A stretch of DNA of 64,000 nucleotides from Spirochaetaceae bacterium (GTDB lineage Bacteria; Spirochaetota; Spirochaetia; DSM-2461): positions 1-64,000 of the forward strand of contig JAOPTT010000011.1 of the NCBI GenBank assembly GCA_051531975.1, read 5' to 3'. Below, piece after piece: positions 1 through 10,297 of this stretch. The notes below the pieces were generated by a model. The model searched no databases. It was not told where the DNA came from and was given only the letters and a program-made list of their open reading frames with translations. A program made the position numbers and the translations under genes. Position 1 is the stretch's first letter, and each line of letters starts with the position of its first letter.

Positions 1-393
1 AATTACCCTAATGGTGATATGGTTGGTCATACTGGTGTATTTAAAGCAGTAACTGACTCTATGGAAGCTATGGATGTACAAATTGCACGTCTTAAGGAAT
101 CCGTTGAGAAAGTTGGTGGTGTTCTGATTTTAACTGCTGACCATGGTAATGCTGATGATATGTTTGAACATAAAAAAACTGGGGAAGTATCAATGGAAAA
201 CAATATTCCTAAGGCTAAAACAGCCCACTCATTAAATCCAGTTCCATGTATTATTTTTGACCCAACATATAATGGTGAATATAAAAAAGATCTTAAAGAA
301 GGTTTAGGTATTAGTTCACTTACTGCGACTATAATAAACTTCTTAGGTTTCGACGCACCAGATGATTATGATGAGACACTATTAAAATTTTAA
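1..393 (+). CDS. gpmI: 2,3-bisphosphoglycerate-independent phosphoglycerate mutase, C-terminal part (5'-truncated by window)
   Basis: Frame open from base 1 (NYPNGDMVGHTG); TADHGNAD and TAHSLNPVP metal-binding motifs of iPGM. Confidence 0.93.
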   Translation, partial: NYPNGDMVGHTGVFKAVTDSMEAMDVQIARLKESVEKVGGVLILTADHGNADDMFEHKKTGEVSMENNIPKAKTAHSLNPVPCIIFDPTYNGEYKKDLKEGLGISSLTATIINFLGFDAPDDYDETLLKF

Positions 394-415
394 TTTACTA
401 GATACTTAAATATTT

Positions 416-450
416 AACGCTCTGTACTATTATGCAGAGCGTTTTTATTT
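416..450 (+). terminator. Intrinsic terminator after gpmI
   Basis: AACGCTCTGTA(416-426)/TGCAGAGCGTT(433-443) stem followed by a T-rich tract. Confidence 0.75.
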
Positions 451-462
451 TATAATGATTAA

Positions 463-1005
463 ATGAGTATAGAAGTAGAAATTAAAGCATGGGTTCACGA
501 TTCAAAAAAGTTAAAAGAGCTATTAGATAGAGAGTATCATTTTGAAAAAGAGTATTTTAAAGAAGATATATATTTAAAAGGTATCGATTCGGTTTCTGGC
601 TTGGAAAAAGGGATTAGACTTAGAAGGGTAGGTTCTGAATCTATAGTTACTTATAAAGAAAGAAGCCACCAAGAAAAAGTAGAAGTTAACTTAGAGAAAG
701 AATTTAACATAGATGATCCTGATAATTTTTTATTTATAATAGATAAGTTAGGATATAAACCCTACATACGTAAAAGTAAAAGAGGGTATCTATATATAAA
801 AGATGGTATAAATATTGAGCTATCTTATGTTGATGGTTTAGGTGACTTTGTTGAAATTGAAAATATAGTAAACAGCAAAGAAGAAGTAAAAGAAGCTACT
901 AAAGATATATATAAAATATTAGATGATCTTAAAATTTCAAGAGATTTTATAGAAGATAAATTCTATGTACAAATGTTACAAGATAAAAAAAAGATGGGCT
1001 CCTAA
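463..1005 (+). CDS. cyaB: CYTH-domain protein (class IV adenylate cyclase family)
   Basis: N-terminal EVEIK (ExExK), RLR, TYK, KxR and GLGDFVEIE motifs. Confidence 0.85.
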   Translation: MSIEVEIKAWVHDSKKLKELLDREYHFEKEYFKEDIYLKGIDSVSGLEKGIRLRRVGSESIVTYKERSHQEKVEVNLEKEFNIDDPDNFLFIIDKLGYKPYIRKSKRGYLYIKDGINIELSYVDGLGDFVEIENIVNSKEEVKEATKDIYKILDDLKISRDFIEDKFYVQMLQDKKKMGS

Positions 1006-1019
1006 AAGCCCTCCTTATA

Positions 1020-1517
1020 TTATGTTGTTGGTTCACAACCTCTAGCCATTATTAAATTACCACTTCTAATAAGCTCTAATATTCCAAAAGGTCTTAGAAG
1101 CTCCTGAAAAGCATCTAACTTAGAACTAGTTCCAGTAACCTGAAAAGTAATTGTATTATCTGAAATATCCATATTTCTTGCCTTAAACACATCTGCAATT
1201 TGTAATACATCAGTTCTTAAATCACTTGTACAATTAACTTTTATAAGAGCAAGTTCTCTTTGTAATGCATTTTCATCTGAGTGTTCTTTAGCGTGAACTA
1301 CATCAACCAATCTATTTAGTTGATTAAGCATTAGATGTAGTGTATCAGGGTCTCCTGTTGCTGTAATATTCATCCTTGAGAAGTTTTCATCATTAGATTC
1401 TGATACAACTAAACTATCTATGTTATATCCTCTTCTTGCAAAAACTAAGGAAATACGAATTAGAACTCCAGGTTTATTTGCTACATAAAGACTTATGGAA
1501 TGTTTTTTTTCTATCAT
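1020..1517 (-). CDS. ilvN: Acetolactate synthase small (regulatory) subunit
   Basis: ACT domain NKPGVL..F.RRGYNIDSL; RELALIKV; TGATG stop/start overlap with ilvB. Confidence 0.95.
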   Translation of the reverse strand: MIEKKHSISLYVANKPGVLIRISLVFARRGYNIDSLVVSESNDENFSRMNITATGDPDTLHLMLNQLNRLVDVVHAKEHSDENALQRELALIKVNCTSDLRTDVLQIADVFKARNMDISDNTITFQVTGTSSKLDAFQELLRPFGILELIRSGNLIMARGCEPTT

Positions 1518-3232
1518 CAGGTACTCCCTTTTGGTTTAGCCATTTTAACTTTTGGTCTCTCTAATAACATCGCTTCTAATGGTGCTCCAGCAGGAACCAT
1601 AGGGAAAACATTGTCACATTTTTCAACTTCAGCATCAATAATACAAGGACCATCGTTATAATCTAAAGCTTCTTTTAAAACTTTTCTAACATCGGAACTT
1701 CTTTTAATTCTAAATCCTTTTAAACCATAGGCACTAGCAAGTTTTAAAAGATCTGGATTACCAACTAAGTCTACACCAGATAATCTGTTATCATAAAATA
1801 ACTCTTGCCACTGTCTAACCATACCTAAATAACTATTATTAATAACTAAAATTTTAATAGGTAGTTTATTTATTACTGCAGTAGATAGTTCACATAAAGT
1901 CATCTGAAATCCACCGTCACCAACAATCGCTATAACCTGAGCGTTTGGCTTACCAATTTGAGCTCCAATAGCTGCAGGAAAACCATAACCCATTGTACCA
2001 GCACCACCAGATGATAACCATGTTCTAGGATTATCAGTTTTGATAAATTGCGCTGCCCACATTTGGTGTTGTCCAACATCAGTTGCATAAATAGCATCTT
2101 TTTTAGCTAAGTTATACATCTCATCTATTACATGCTGAGCTCTTAATTTCCCCTCTTTTTTATAATTTAGTGGAAAATCTTTTTTATATTTTTCTATCTG
2201 TTTAATCCAAGGTTTCCTATCAACTTTTGTTAAGAAAGGAATTAATTCCTCAATAACTGTTCTAGCATCCCCATGAATATATGCATCTACTTTTATGCTT
2301 TTATTAATTTCACACTTATCTATGTCAATCTGAATCTTTTTAGCATTAACACAAAAATCTTCTGGAGTTCCACTAATTCTATCATCCCATCTTGATCCAA
2401 TGGAAATAATTAAGTCAGCTGAACACAGAGTTTTATTTGCATAAGCAGTTCCATGCATACCAGGCATTCCTAATGATAAATTATCAGTTTCTGGGAATAC
2501 ACCTTTACCTAATAAAGTATTTGTTACTGGTATCTGAAATTCATTTGCCATTAAAGCAATCTCTTTTCCAGCTCCAGATATCATCGCACCATGACCAATT
2601 AAAAATACAGGTCGTTGTGATTCATTTACAATCTTAGCAAATTGTTCAATACATTCTGGATCACCAGTTAGTTTTGGTTTATATCCTGGAAGATCAAATT
2701 CTGCATCTTCAGCTAATTCACAAAAAGCACTTGAAACGTTTTTAGGAATATCTATTACAACTGGACCAGGTCTACCAGTTTCAGCTAAATAAAATGCTTC
2801 TTTAACAATTCTTGGTAGGTCGTTAATTTCACTAACTAAATAAGAGTGTTTAACAATTGGGTAAGATATTCCTGAAACATCAGCTTCTTGGAATGTATCA
2901 AGGCCTAAATTATTTGTAGTTTGTTGCCCACAAATAACTACCATAGGGACAGAATCCATTTGAGCTGTGAATATACCAGTTATAGTATTAGTTGCCCCAG
3001 GACCAGATGTAACAATCGCAACTCCAGTTTTACCTGTAGCTCTAGAGTATCCATCTGCCATGTGGGTTGCTCCCTGTTCATGTCTAGTTAGATATAAATC
3101 TATAGTTGAATCATATATGGCATCATAAATTGGTATTGCTGCACCACCTGGTAGTCCAAATACACATTCAACTCCTAATTTCTTCATTGTTTCTACAAGA
3201 GCTCCAGCTCCTGTTCTTAACGTATCACTCAT
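1517..3232 (-). CDS. ilvB: Acetolactate synthase large subunit, biosynthetic
   Basis: FGLPGG, RHEQGA, TSGPGATN, DVGQHQMW, GTMGYG and GDGGFQM ThDP motifs. Confidence 0.96.
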   Translation of the reverse strand: MSDTLRTGAGALVETMKKLGVECVFGLPGGAAIPIYDAIYDSTIDLYLTRHEQGATHMADGYSRATGKTGVAIVTSGPGATNTITGIFTAQMDSVPMVVICGQQTTNNLGLDTFQEADVSGISYPIVKHSYLVSEINDLPRIVKEAFYLAETGRPGPVVIDIPKNVSSAFCELAEDAEFDLPGYKPKLTGDPECIEQFAKIVNESQRPVFLIGHGAMISGAGKEIALMANEFQIPVTNTLLGKGVFPETDNLSLGMPGMHGTAYANKTLCSADLIISIGSRWDDRISGTPEDFCVNAKKIQIDIDKCEINKSIKVDAYIHGDARTVIEELIPFLTKVDRKPWIKQIEKYKKDFPLNYKKEGKLRAQHVIDEMYNLAKKDAIYATDVGQHQMWAAQFIKTDNPRTWLSSGGAGTMGYGFPAAIGAQIGKPNAQVIAIVGDGGFQMTLCELSTAVINKLPIKILVINNSYLGMVRQWQELFYDNRLSGVDLVGNPDLLKLASAYGLKGFRIKRSSDVRKVLKEALDYNDGPCIIDAEVEKCDNVFPMVPAGAPLEAMLLERPKVKMAKPKGST

Positions 3233-3262
3233 AATCTCTCCTGATGGGTTGAGTATAGAGTA

Positions 3263-3291
3263 ATAATAACGGTAATAGAAAAAGGTGTCAA
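3263..3291 (-). promoter_or_regulatory. Sigma70-type promoter of ilvBN
   Basis: Minus strand TTGACA(3291-3286)-17 nt-TATTAT(3268-3263). Confidence 0.6.
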
Positions 3292-3404
3292 TAATTAAGT
3301 TGATTTTTAGGGATGATTAAAGATTTTTATGAATTTGCAGTAATAATTCGGTTTAAATTTGGAGGGAATACTGGCCCTAGAGTCCTTGTTGTGGTTTATT
3401 CGGG

Positions 3405-4691
3405 TTATTTCGAGAATATTGAATCTATTAGTTTTTGATGCACAGGATCATTTTTAATTTTTTCTAAATCCTCAAGAATTATATCACTATCTAAAATACC
3501 TCGAGTTAATTTAACTTTAATAACTCTTAATACAGATTCATTTATCCTATCAATGCTTATTTCATCGTTTTGGACACTAGATAACAGGGCTTTATAAGCA
3601 TTAGGTTGATTATTAGGTATTAACAACATGTCAATACCTGCTTTTATAGCTAAAATAACTGCTTCTGAAGATGTAAAGTTATTGGTTATTGCTCCCATAT
3701 CTAAAGCATCTGTCATAATTATTCCATTAAATCCTAAATCATCTCTTAATATACCAGTTATTATTTCAGGATTAAGTGTTGAAGGTAGTGGTGCCGTTGA
3801 TATTCCAGGCATATTCATATGAGCTGTCATAATTGCATCTACTCCAGCCTCAATACCCATAATAAAAGGTATAAATTCAATCTGATTTAATCTTTCTCTA
3901 CCGTGAGGTGATATTACAGTACCTAAATGTGAATCTGTATTTGTATCTCCATGACCAGGGAAATGTTTTATTACTGATATAACATTTTCTTCTTGAAATC
4001 CTTTTATTACATTAACTACCATTTCTCCTGCTATATGAGGATCAGCAGAGTAGGTTCTATTCCCAATTACAGGATTCCCAGGATTCGTATTAACATCAGC
4101 TACAGGAGCCATATCCATATTAATACCAAATGCTGAAAGTTCTCTGCCTAAAATTTTGCCAGAATAATATGCTAATAAAGGATTGTTTTTATTACCAACA
4201 GTCAGAGCTGGAGGTAGGTGAGTTACAGATACATTTTTATTTTTACCTAACCTTGAAACTATTCCTCCCTCTTCATCAACACCAATAAATAGGGGAATAT
4301 TAGAACTGTCTTGTAAATCTTTTACTAATTTTAATACTTGAGAGTTACTGTTTATATTATTTGCAAAAAGAATAATGCCACCTGGTTTATATGTTTTAAT
4401 AAAGCTTAATAAATTAGAATCAACACTCTGATAACCACGTATATGAAAAATAAACAGCTGACCTATTTTCTCTTCTAATGTCATGTCTTCTAATATAGAA
4501 TTGAGCCTAATATTTAATAATTCTTCTTCGGTTGGTGGTTCTTCTATAGGTACTATATCAATCTTCTCGATTGGAGCTACTATTATTGGAGGCTCGACGA
4601 CTACATCGTCTATAGTTGCACATGAAAATATAAAAAACGTAATAAAAATAGCTAGTAATTTAAATTTCAACCTAGTAACTCCTATGTACAT
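3405..4691 (-). CDS. nagZ: GH3 beta-N-acetylhexosaminidase (NagZ-like), predicted lipoprotein
   Basis: DEEGG, KHFPGHG..TDSH (NagZ Asp-His dyad), TDALDM; hydrophobic N-terminus ending IFSC. Confidence 0.85.
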   Translation of the reverse strand: MYIGVTRLKFKLLAIFITFFIFSCATIDDVVVEPPIIVAPIEKIDIVPIEEPPTEEELLNIRLNSILEDMTLEEKIGQLFIFHIRGYQSVDSNLLSFIKTYKPGGIILFANNINSNSQVLKLVKDLQDSSNIPLFIGVDEEGGIVSRLGKNKNVSVTHLPPALTVGNKNNPLLAYYSGKILGRELSAFGINMDMAPVADVNTNPGNPVIGNRTYSADPHIAGEMVVNVIKGFQEENVISVIKHFPGHGDTNTDSHLGTVISPHGRERLNQIEFIPFIMGIEAGVDAIMTAHMNMPGISTAPLPSTLNPEIITGILRDDLGFNGIIMTDALDMGAITNNFTSSEAVILAIKAGIDMLLIPNNQPNAYKALLSSVQNDEISIDRINESVLRVIKVKLTRGILDSDIILEDLEKIKNDPVHQKLIDSIFSK

Positions 4692-4794
4692 TGTCAGTTT
4701 TTTGAACTAAAATAATTTAAAATATTGACTAATAATACGGTGTTTAATCTCTTTTTTCTACCCTTTTTATTAGTTATTTAAGAGAGAGAAAAAT

Positions 4795-5835
4795 ATGGAT
4801 AAAATATTAAATGTAAATATAGATAGTTGTACACCTTTATTGTCTCCTGAGTTTTTAAAAAAAGTAGTGACCGTAACTGAAAAAGGTTATAAAACTGTAA
4901 TAACAGGACGAACAGAAATAAATAATGTTCTGGATAAAAAAGATAATAGATTACTTGCAATAGTTGGTCCATGTTCTGTTCATGATTATAACGCAGCAAT
5001 GGAATATGCATCTGAACTAAAAACCTTAAAAGATAAATATGAAGATAAAATGATAATTATCATGCGAGTGTATTTTGAGAAACCGAGAACAACTGTTGGT
5101 TGGAAAGGTATGATACTAGATCCACATATGGATGGTTCATGTGATATCGAAGAGGGTTTAAAACAAGGCCGAAAACTTTTAGCAGATATTAACGATTTAG
5201 GTCTTCCTTGTGCTACAGAAGCTTTAGATCCAATTATCCCACAATATAATGCAGATCTGATTTCCTGGGCTGCAATTGGAGCTAGAACAACAGAAAGTCA
5301 GACACACAGAGAGATGTCAAGTGGATTATCTATGGCTGTAGGTTTTAAAAATGGTACTGATGGTAGTGTTCGAACTGCAATAGATGCTTTAATTGCTTCT
5401 AAGTCCTCTCATAGTTTTATTGGTATTGATAGTTATGGAAAAACGTCAATATTAAAAACAAAAGGAAATAAGTATGGACACATAATTCTTCGAGGTGGAA
5501 GAGATGGTTCAAATTACCATAATAGTAGTGTCATAGAAACTGAAGAGATGTTAACTAGTGCTAATTTAAATAAAAATATAATAATAGACTGTAGCCATGC
5601 AAATTCAGATAAAGATTATAAAAAACAGGGTAGAGTTATTAAGTCAATAATTGCACAAAAACAGGCAGGTAATAACTCAATTGTAGGTTTTATGTTAGAG
5701 AGTAATCTTAAAGAGGGTAACCAAAAGTTAACAAAAAATATTTCTGATTTAGAATATGGAATATCAATAACAGATCAGTGTATTAATATAGAAGAAACTG
5801 AAGTATTATTGGATTTAGTTTATAAATCAATTTAA
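4795..5835 (+). CDS. 3-deoxy-7-phosphoheptulonate (DAHP) synthase, class I-alpha
   Basis: GPCSVHD, RVYFEKPRTTVGWKG, IGARTTESQTHRE, DCSHAN and SITDQC motifs. Confidence 0.96.
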   Translation: MDKILNVNIDSCTPLLSPEFLKKVVTVTEKGYKTVITGRTEINNVLDKKDNRLLAIVGPCSVHDYNAAMEYASELKTLKDKYEDKMIIIMRVYFEKPRTTVGWKGMILDPHMDGSCDIEEGLKQGRKLLADINDLGLPCATEALDPIIPQYNADLISWAAIGARTTESQTHREMSSGLSMAVGFKNGTDGSVRTAIDALIASKSSHSFIGIDSYGKTSILKTKGNKYGHIILRGGRDGSNYHNSSVIETEEMLTSANLNKNIIIDCSHANSDKDYKKQGRVIKSIIAQKQAGNNSIVGFMLESNLKEGNQKLTKNISDLEYGISITDQCINIEETEVLLDLVYKSI

Positions 5836-6731
5836 TTCATATATTTTAAGCTAACTTCTTTTAAATAATTAAATGATGGATGACCTAATTTATCTAGGTT
5901 ATCCATTTCTGTCGAAATAATTAAACTATTAGATAAACTTATTGGCTCTGTAATATCTACATTGATTTTCCCACCATTTTCCGTTTTTAGAATTACTTCT
6001 GCTTTAATTATGTCTACATTATTAAGAGTTTTTGGAAGTAGATTATTTAATGATTTTAAATTTCCATTTTCTGAACATTTTAATATTTTAGAGTTTATAG
6101 AGTCTGGAAATAGTTTTCTTGGTTTAGTTTTAATATTAACAGTTAAGTTTTCTGTCACATCTGAGTCTATGTTAGAATCCAGAGTAAGGTTTATAGAATT
6201 TATATAACCTAGTTTATTATTTAGAAATGTCGTTAAAGAACTTTGTTTCTTTTGTGGTTTTAATTCAAATATAAATGTATCTTCCCTTAGACTTTCTAAA
6301 ACTGAAGAAACAATATTTTTTAATTCAGGGATTAAAGTTCTATTGGCTCTTCTTTCAATATGTAGTATTGCTTCAGAATTTGTTTTATCAATATTCATAT
6401 GAAAAAATAGAGGTATAGTATCAGAGTGTTTTCTCTCTTTATGGAAAATCCCTGAACCTGACTGAGTATCTACAATTTCAGATGTTTCTCCAAACTTTCC
6501 AATTTTTATACGACAAAATATAGAATTATCTATAATTTCATTCTTTTCTATTCTTGAAGTTCTTTCTGTGTTTTCATCTATCTTAAATAGATAAATATTT
6601 TTTCCTAAATACATACTTATTTCATCTAAAATGCTAAATCCAGCAATATCATTTAGGGGTAGAAAACAGTTTGTAATACCTTTTTCTCTTATTTTTAGTG
6701 TGTAAATATCAAACTTAGTTATAGTAGCCAT
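5832..6731 (-). CDS. Hypothetical protein, 299 aa
   Basis: Long AT-rich ORF, convergent with and overlapping the DAHP synthase stop; no firm catalytic motif recognised. Confidence 0.75.
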   Translation of the reverse strand: MATITKFDIYTLKIREKGITNCFLPLNDIAGFSILDEISMYLGKNIYLFKIDENTERTSRIEKNEIIDNSIFCRIKIGKFGETSEIVDTQSGSGIFHKERKHSDTIPLFFHMNIDKTNSEAILHIERRANRTLIPELKNIVSSVLESLREDTFIFELKPQKKQSSLTTFLNNKLGYINSINLTLDSNIDSDVTENLTVNIKTKPRKLFPDSINSKILKCSENGNLKSLNNLLPKTLNNVDIIKAEVILKTENGGKINVDITEPISLSNSLIISTEMDNLDKLGHPSFNYLKEVSLKYMN

Positions 6732-6820
6732 AATTTAAGATATCACGATCTAATGTAATCTTCAATTATAAATAGAAAATTTAATTGATAAATATGATAT
6801 TATAGTGTTCAATAATAGGC

Positions 6821-7387
6821 ATGATAGAATTAATTATTGGCCCTATGTTTTCTGGGAAAAGTTCAGAACTGTTAAGACGTTTAACAAGATATAAAATTGC
6901 TGGTAAACAAACTTTACTACTTCGACCTAAAAGAGATACTAGAGGTTTTTTTACTCATGACAAAAAAGAGAATAGTGTTAAAGAGGTTTTTTTAGAAAAT
7001 ATTTCTGATTTTACAGATCTTTACGACTATGAAGTTATAGGTGTTGATGAGGGACAATTTTTTTCTGATTTAAGCGCAATTGATGCTTGGGCAAATAAAG
7101 GTATCACGGTTATTGTATCTGCACTTAATGGAACTTCTGAGAAAAAACCGTTTAATTCTGTTCAGGATATAATTCCATTAGCTGATCATATAGATAAATT
7201 AAGCGCAGTATGTACCAGTTGTGGTGAAGATGCTCGCTTTTCATTTTATAAAATTGGAAATAAAGAGAATGATATACAGGTTGGAGAAGATGAATATACA
7301 GCTTTGTGTAGAGTTTGTTGGAACGAAAAAAGTAACATGAAAGGTGAAGAGTTTTCTTCCTTTGAAGATATATTAAAAACAAACTAA
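6821..7387 (+). CDS. tdk: Thymidine kinase (TK1-like)
   Basis: P-loop GPMFSGKS, DEGQFF, Zn ligands CTSC...CRVC. Confidence 0.93.
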   Translation: MIELIIGPMFSGKSSELLRRLTRYKIAGKQTLLLRPKRDTRGFFTHDKKENSVKEVFLENISDFTDLYDYEVIGVDEGQFFSDLSAIDAWANKGITVIVSALNGTSEKKPFNSVQDIIPLADHIDKLSAVCTSCGEDARFSFYKIGNKENDIQVGEDEYTALCRVCWNEKSNMKGEEFSSFEDILKTN

Positions 7388-7435
7388 TTTATACTATTAT
7401 ATATTTAAAACAAACCTAAAATGTAGGAGATTATT

Positions 7436-8419
7436 GTGGAAAAAATTAAATGGGGAATATTAGGTTGCGCTAAAATTGCTATTGATAAAGTTATTCCAGC
7501 TATGCAAAATGGAAAATATTCAGAGATAGCCGCTATCTCTTCTAGAGATATTAAAAAAAGTGAAACTGTAGCAAAGAGCCTAAATATTCCTAAGTTTTAT
7601 GGTTCATATGAAGAGTTATTAAATGATAAAGAGATAGATGCTGTATATATTCCTCTACCAAATCATATTCACTTAGAATGGTGTATTAAAGCTATGGAAG
7701 CTGGTAAACATGTTCTTTGTGAAAAACCAATAGTTTTAACAACGGATGATGTAAGAACACTTATAGATGTTAGAAATAAAACAGGTGTTAAAATAAGTGA
7801 AGCTTTTATGGTTCGTACCCACCCAAGATGGATTAAGTCTAAATCACTTATAAATAATGTTGACTTTGGAGAATTAAAGGCAATTCATGGATTTTTTAGT
7901 TATTATAATATCGATGGAAATAATATCAGGAATATAAAAGAGTATGGTGGTGGTAGTATTTGGGATATCGGTTGTTACCCAATTAATACATCACGGTTTT
8001 TATTTAACCAAGAGCCTACTAAGGTAATCTCAGTTATAGAAAATGATCCAAAGTTTAAAGTTGATATTCTAGCGTCTGCTATTTTACAATTTCCTTCAGG
8101 TCAGAGTATATTTACTAGTGCTACTCAACTTGCACCATTTCAGAGAATGACTGCCTTTGGAACAAAAAGTACATTGGAGCTTGATTTACCATTTAATGCA
8201 CCAATAGATAAAAAGACAAGTATTTATATTGGAGACGAAGTAATAGATATTGATATTTGTGATCAATACCAAATACAAGGTGATAGTTTCTCAGAGGCAA
8301 TATTAAATAATAGTGAAGTTAGTGTTACGTTAGAGGACTCATTTTATAATACCGCAACAATTGAAGCAATTTTTAAATCAGCAAATAGTGGTAAGTGGGA
8401 AGAATTAGAAAAACTTTAA
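7436..8419 (+). CDS. Gfo/Idh/MocA family oxidoreductase
   Basis: WGILGCAKIA, GKHVLCEKP, GGSIWDIGCY; GTG start after AGGAG. Confidence 0.92.
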   Translation: MEKIKWGILGCAKIAIDKVIPAMQNGKYSEIAAISSRDIKKSETVAKSLNIPKFYGSYEELLNDKEIDAVYIPLPNHIHLEWCIKAMEAGKHVLCEKPIVLTTDDVRTLIDVRNKTGVKISEAFMVRTHPRWIKSKSLINNVDFGELKAIHGFFSYYNIDGNNIRNIKEYGGGSIWDIGCYPINTSRFLFNQEPTKVISVIENDPKFKVDILASAILQFPSGQSIFTSATQLAPFQRMTAFGTKSTLELDLPFNAPIDKKTSIYIGDEVIDIDICDQYQIQGDSFSEAILNNSEVSVTLEDSFYNTATIEAIFKSANSGKWEELEKL

Positions 8420-8426
8420 TATAATA

Positions 8427-8455
8427 GCTAATTCTTTTTTTTAATAAGAATTAGC
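8427..8455. terminator. Hairpin between convergent genes
   Basis: GCTAATTCTT(8427-8436)/AAGAATTAGC(8446-8455) inverted repeat. Confidence 0.55.
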
Positions 8456-8804
8456 CTTCTCCAATTGTTTTTTGTTCCCTTAGAGAAAGAGGTTTATCTA
8501 ACAACTCAGACCAGATTATGGCTCTTTTATATTTAGATAGAGTTTCTATCTTTTTTGAAGCAACTATGATTATATTTTCTTCATCTTTACTTTCGGTTAA
8601 GTGGTCCCCAACCAAATGAGACTCCCTTAGACTTTTACCCGGCACAGATCTATTTATATCAACTTCTTTAGGAAAAGTTTGAGTATGTTTTTTTTCTAGT
8701 TGCTTTTTCTTTTTTTCCTTTTCTTTTTCTACCCCTTTTTTTTGTTGTGCGACCCATGCAATTAAAACAACTACAAAGAAGATAAGAGTTATAATTCCTT
8801 GCAT
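8451..8804 (-). CDS. YqfB-like small membrane-anchored protein
   Basis: N-terminal TM, Lys-rich linker, C-terminal AIIWSELLDKPLSLR motif typical of the gene following floA. Confidence 0.7.
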   Translation of the reverse strand: MQGIITLIFFVVVLIAWVAQQKKGVEKEKEKKKKQLEKKHTQTFPKEVDINRSVPGKSLRESHLVGDHLTESKDEENIIIVASKKIETLSKYKRAIIWSELLDKPLSLREQKTIGEG

Positions 8805-8807
8805 ATT

Positions 8808-9812
8808 CTACTCCTTAGTTTTAGGACCCTGGTCATTTAAATCGCCACTAATACTGTCTCTCATTGATGTATCAGATTGGATATTTTTTAATCTGTAATA
8901 ATCCATTATTCCAATGTTTCCAGATCTAAATGATTCGGCTATTGCTTTAGGTATTTCTGCTTCAGCTAATACAACCTTTGCTCGGTTTTCTACAACCAGC
9001 GCACTCATCTCTTGTTCTCTAGCTCTTGCCGCAGCTCTTCTCTGCTCAGCTACAGCTTGGAATCGTCTTTTATCAGCTTCAGCTTGATCAGCTTGTAGTT
9101 TTGCACCTATGTTAGTTCCTACATCAACATCAGCAATATCAATTGAAAGTATTTCAAATGCAGTTCCAGCATCTAAACCCTTTTCCAAAACAGTTCTAGA
9201 TATATTATCTGGATTTTCCAAAACATCTTTATAAGTAGGAGCCGAACCAATAGTTGTAACAATTCCCTCTCCAACTCTTGCTATAATTGTCTCTTCTGTT
9301 GCACCACCAACTAAACGTTCAATATTAGCCCTAACTGTTACTCTAGCTTTTGCTTTTAGTTGAATACCATCTTTAGCAACTGCATCTATTGTTGTTCTTC
9401 CATGTTCTGGATTTGGGCAATCTATTACCTTGGGATATACACTTGTTTTTACAGCATCCAGTACATTTCTTCCAGCTAAGTCAATGGCAGTAGCTTTTTT
9501 AAATGTAAGAGGGATATTTGCCTTATTTGCAGCAATAAGTGCCTTACTTACTTTTATAACATCTCCCCCAGCTAGGTAGTGGGTTTCAAGTTCATCTGAA
9601 TCTAGAATAATTCCTGCTTTTGTTAACATTATTTTACTATCAACAATTACATTAGATTTTACTCTTCTAATCCACATCCCAAGTAATCTGCTCATTTTTA
9701 TATGTGCGCCTGAAAGTAGGGCTCTAAACCACATACTAAAAAACTTCATAAAAAACCCTAATATAACCAGGGCTAATATTCCTAATAAAGCATAAATAAT
9801 AACATAAGACAT
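8808..9812 (-). CDS. floA: Flotillin-like protein FloA (YqfA/UPF0365)
   Basis: [43 protein letters not shown] motifs. Confidence 0.95.
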   Translation of the reverse strand: MSYVIIYALLGILALVILGFFMKFFSMWFRALLSGAHIKMSRLLGMWIRRVKSNVIVDSKIMLTKAGIILDSDELETHYLAGGDVIKVSKALIAANKANIPLTFKKATAIDLAGRNVLDAVKTSVYPKVIDCPNPEHGRTTIDAVAKDGIQLKAKARVTVRANIERLVGGATEETIIARVGEGIVTTIGSAPTYKDVLENPDNISRTVLEKGLDAGTAFEILSIDIADVDVGTNIGAKLQADQAEADKRRFQAVAEQRRAAARAREQEMSALVVENRAKVVLAEAEIPKAIAESFRSGNIGIMDYYRLKNIQSDTSMRDSISGDLNDQGPKTKE

Positions 9813-9814
9813 AA

Positions 9815-10297
9815 TTACTCCTTTAGAGATACAATAATTTTGTTTCCCTTAACATTTGTCACTTTAATTGACCTATCCTTTGGAATAAACTCTCCATCGG
9901 TAGTAGCGTTTAAAATTTTATCATCAATGATAATCTGACCAATTGGATGTAGATTTGTATATGTTTTACCAATTGAATTTAATAATGAATCAAAGTTGTC
10001 CCCTGATACATATCCATCATCACTTTTCATTTGTTTTGATAATATAAGTTTTTTACCAATAAAAGATTTAGGGAAAAACTTAAAATACAAGATAATTATT
10101 ATTGGGCCTATAATAAAACAAGCAAGTAAAAATATGGTTCCTGCAAATGTTCCAAAATTAATAAACGTTAAAACTACACCTAAAATTATACAGGCGACGC
10201 CAATTATTCCAATTAGTCCGGCAGTGGGAACAAATAACTCTAATATAATGGCAGCAAAACCAAGTAGTCCTAGTAGTATGTTAAAAAGTAGTCTCAT
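9815..10297 (-). CDS. nfeD: Short NfeD-family protein (TM + OB fold)
   Basis: ELFVP..G..G TM segment; C-terminal TNLHPIG...A.TDGEFI OB-fold pattern. Confidence 0.8.
   Translation of the reverse strand: MRLLFNILLGLLGFAAIILELFVPTAGLIGIIGVACIILGVVLTFINFGTFAGTIFLLACFIIGPIIIILYFKFFPKSFIGKKLILSKQMKSDDGYVSGDNFDSLLNSIGKTYTNLHPIGQIIIDDKILNATTDGEFIPKDRSIKVTNVKGNKIIVSLKE

Noticed and set aside
3361..3385. GGAGGGAATACTGGCCC resembles the SAM-I riboswitch core GAGGGA-CTGGCCC
   Set aside because: Lacks the upstream ATC.AGAG and downstream GCAACC/GGTGC elements and lies antisense to the flanking genes
3233..3404. ilvB leader peptide or T-box attenuator
   Set aside because: No Ile/Leu/Val-rich mini-ORF or T-box motif seen; the promoter lies only about 30 nt from the start codon
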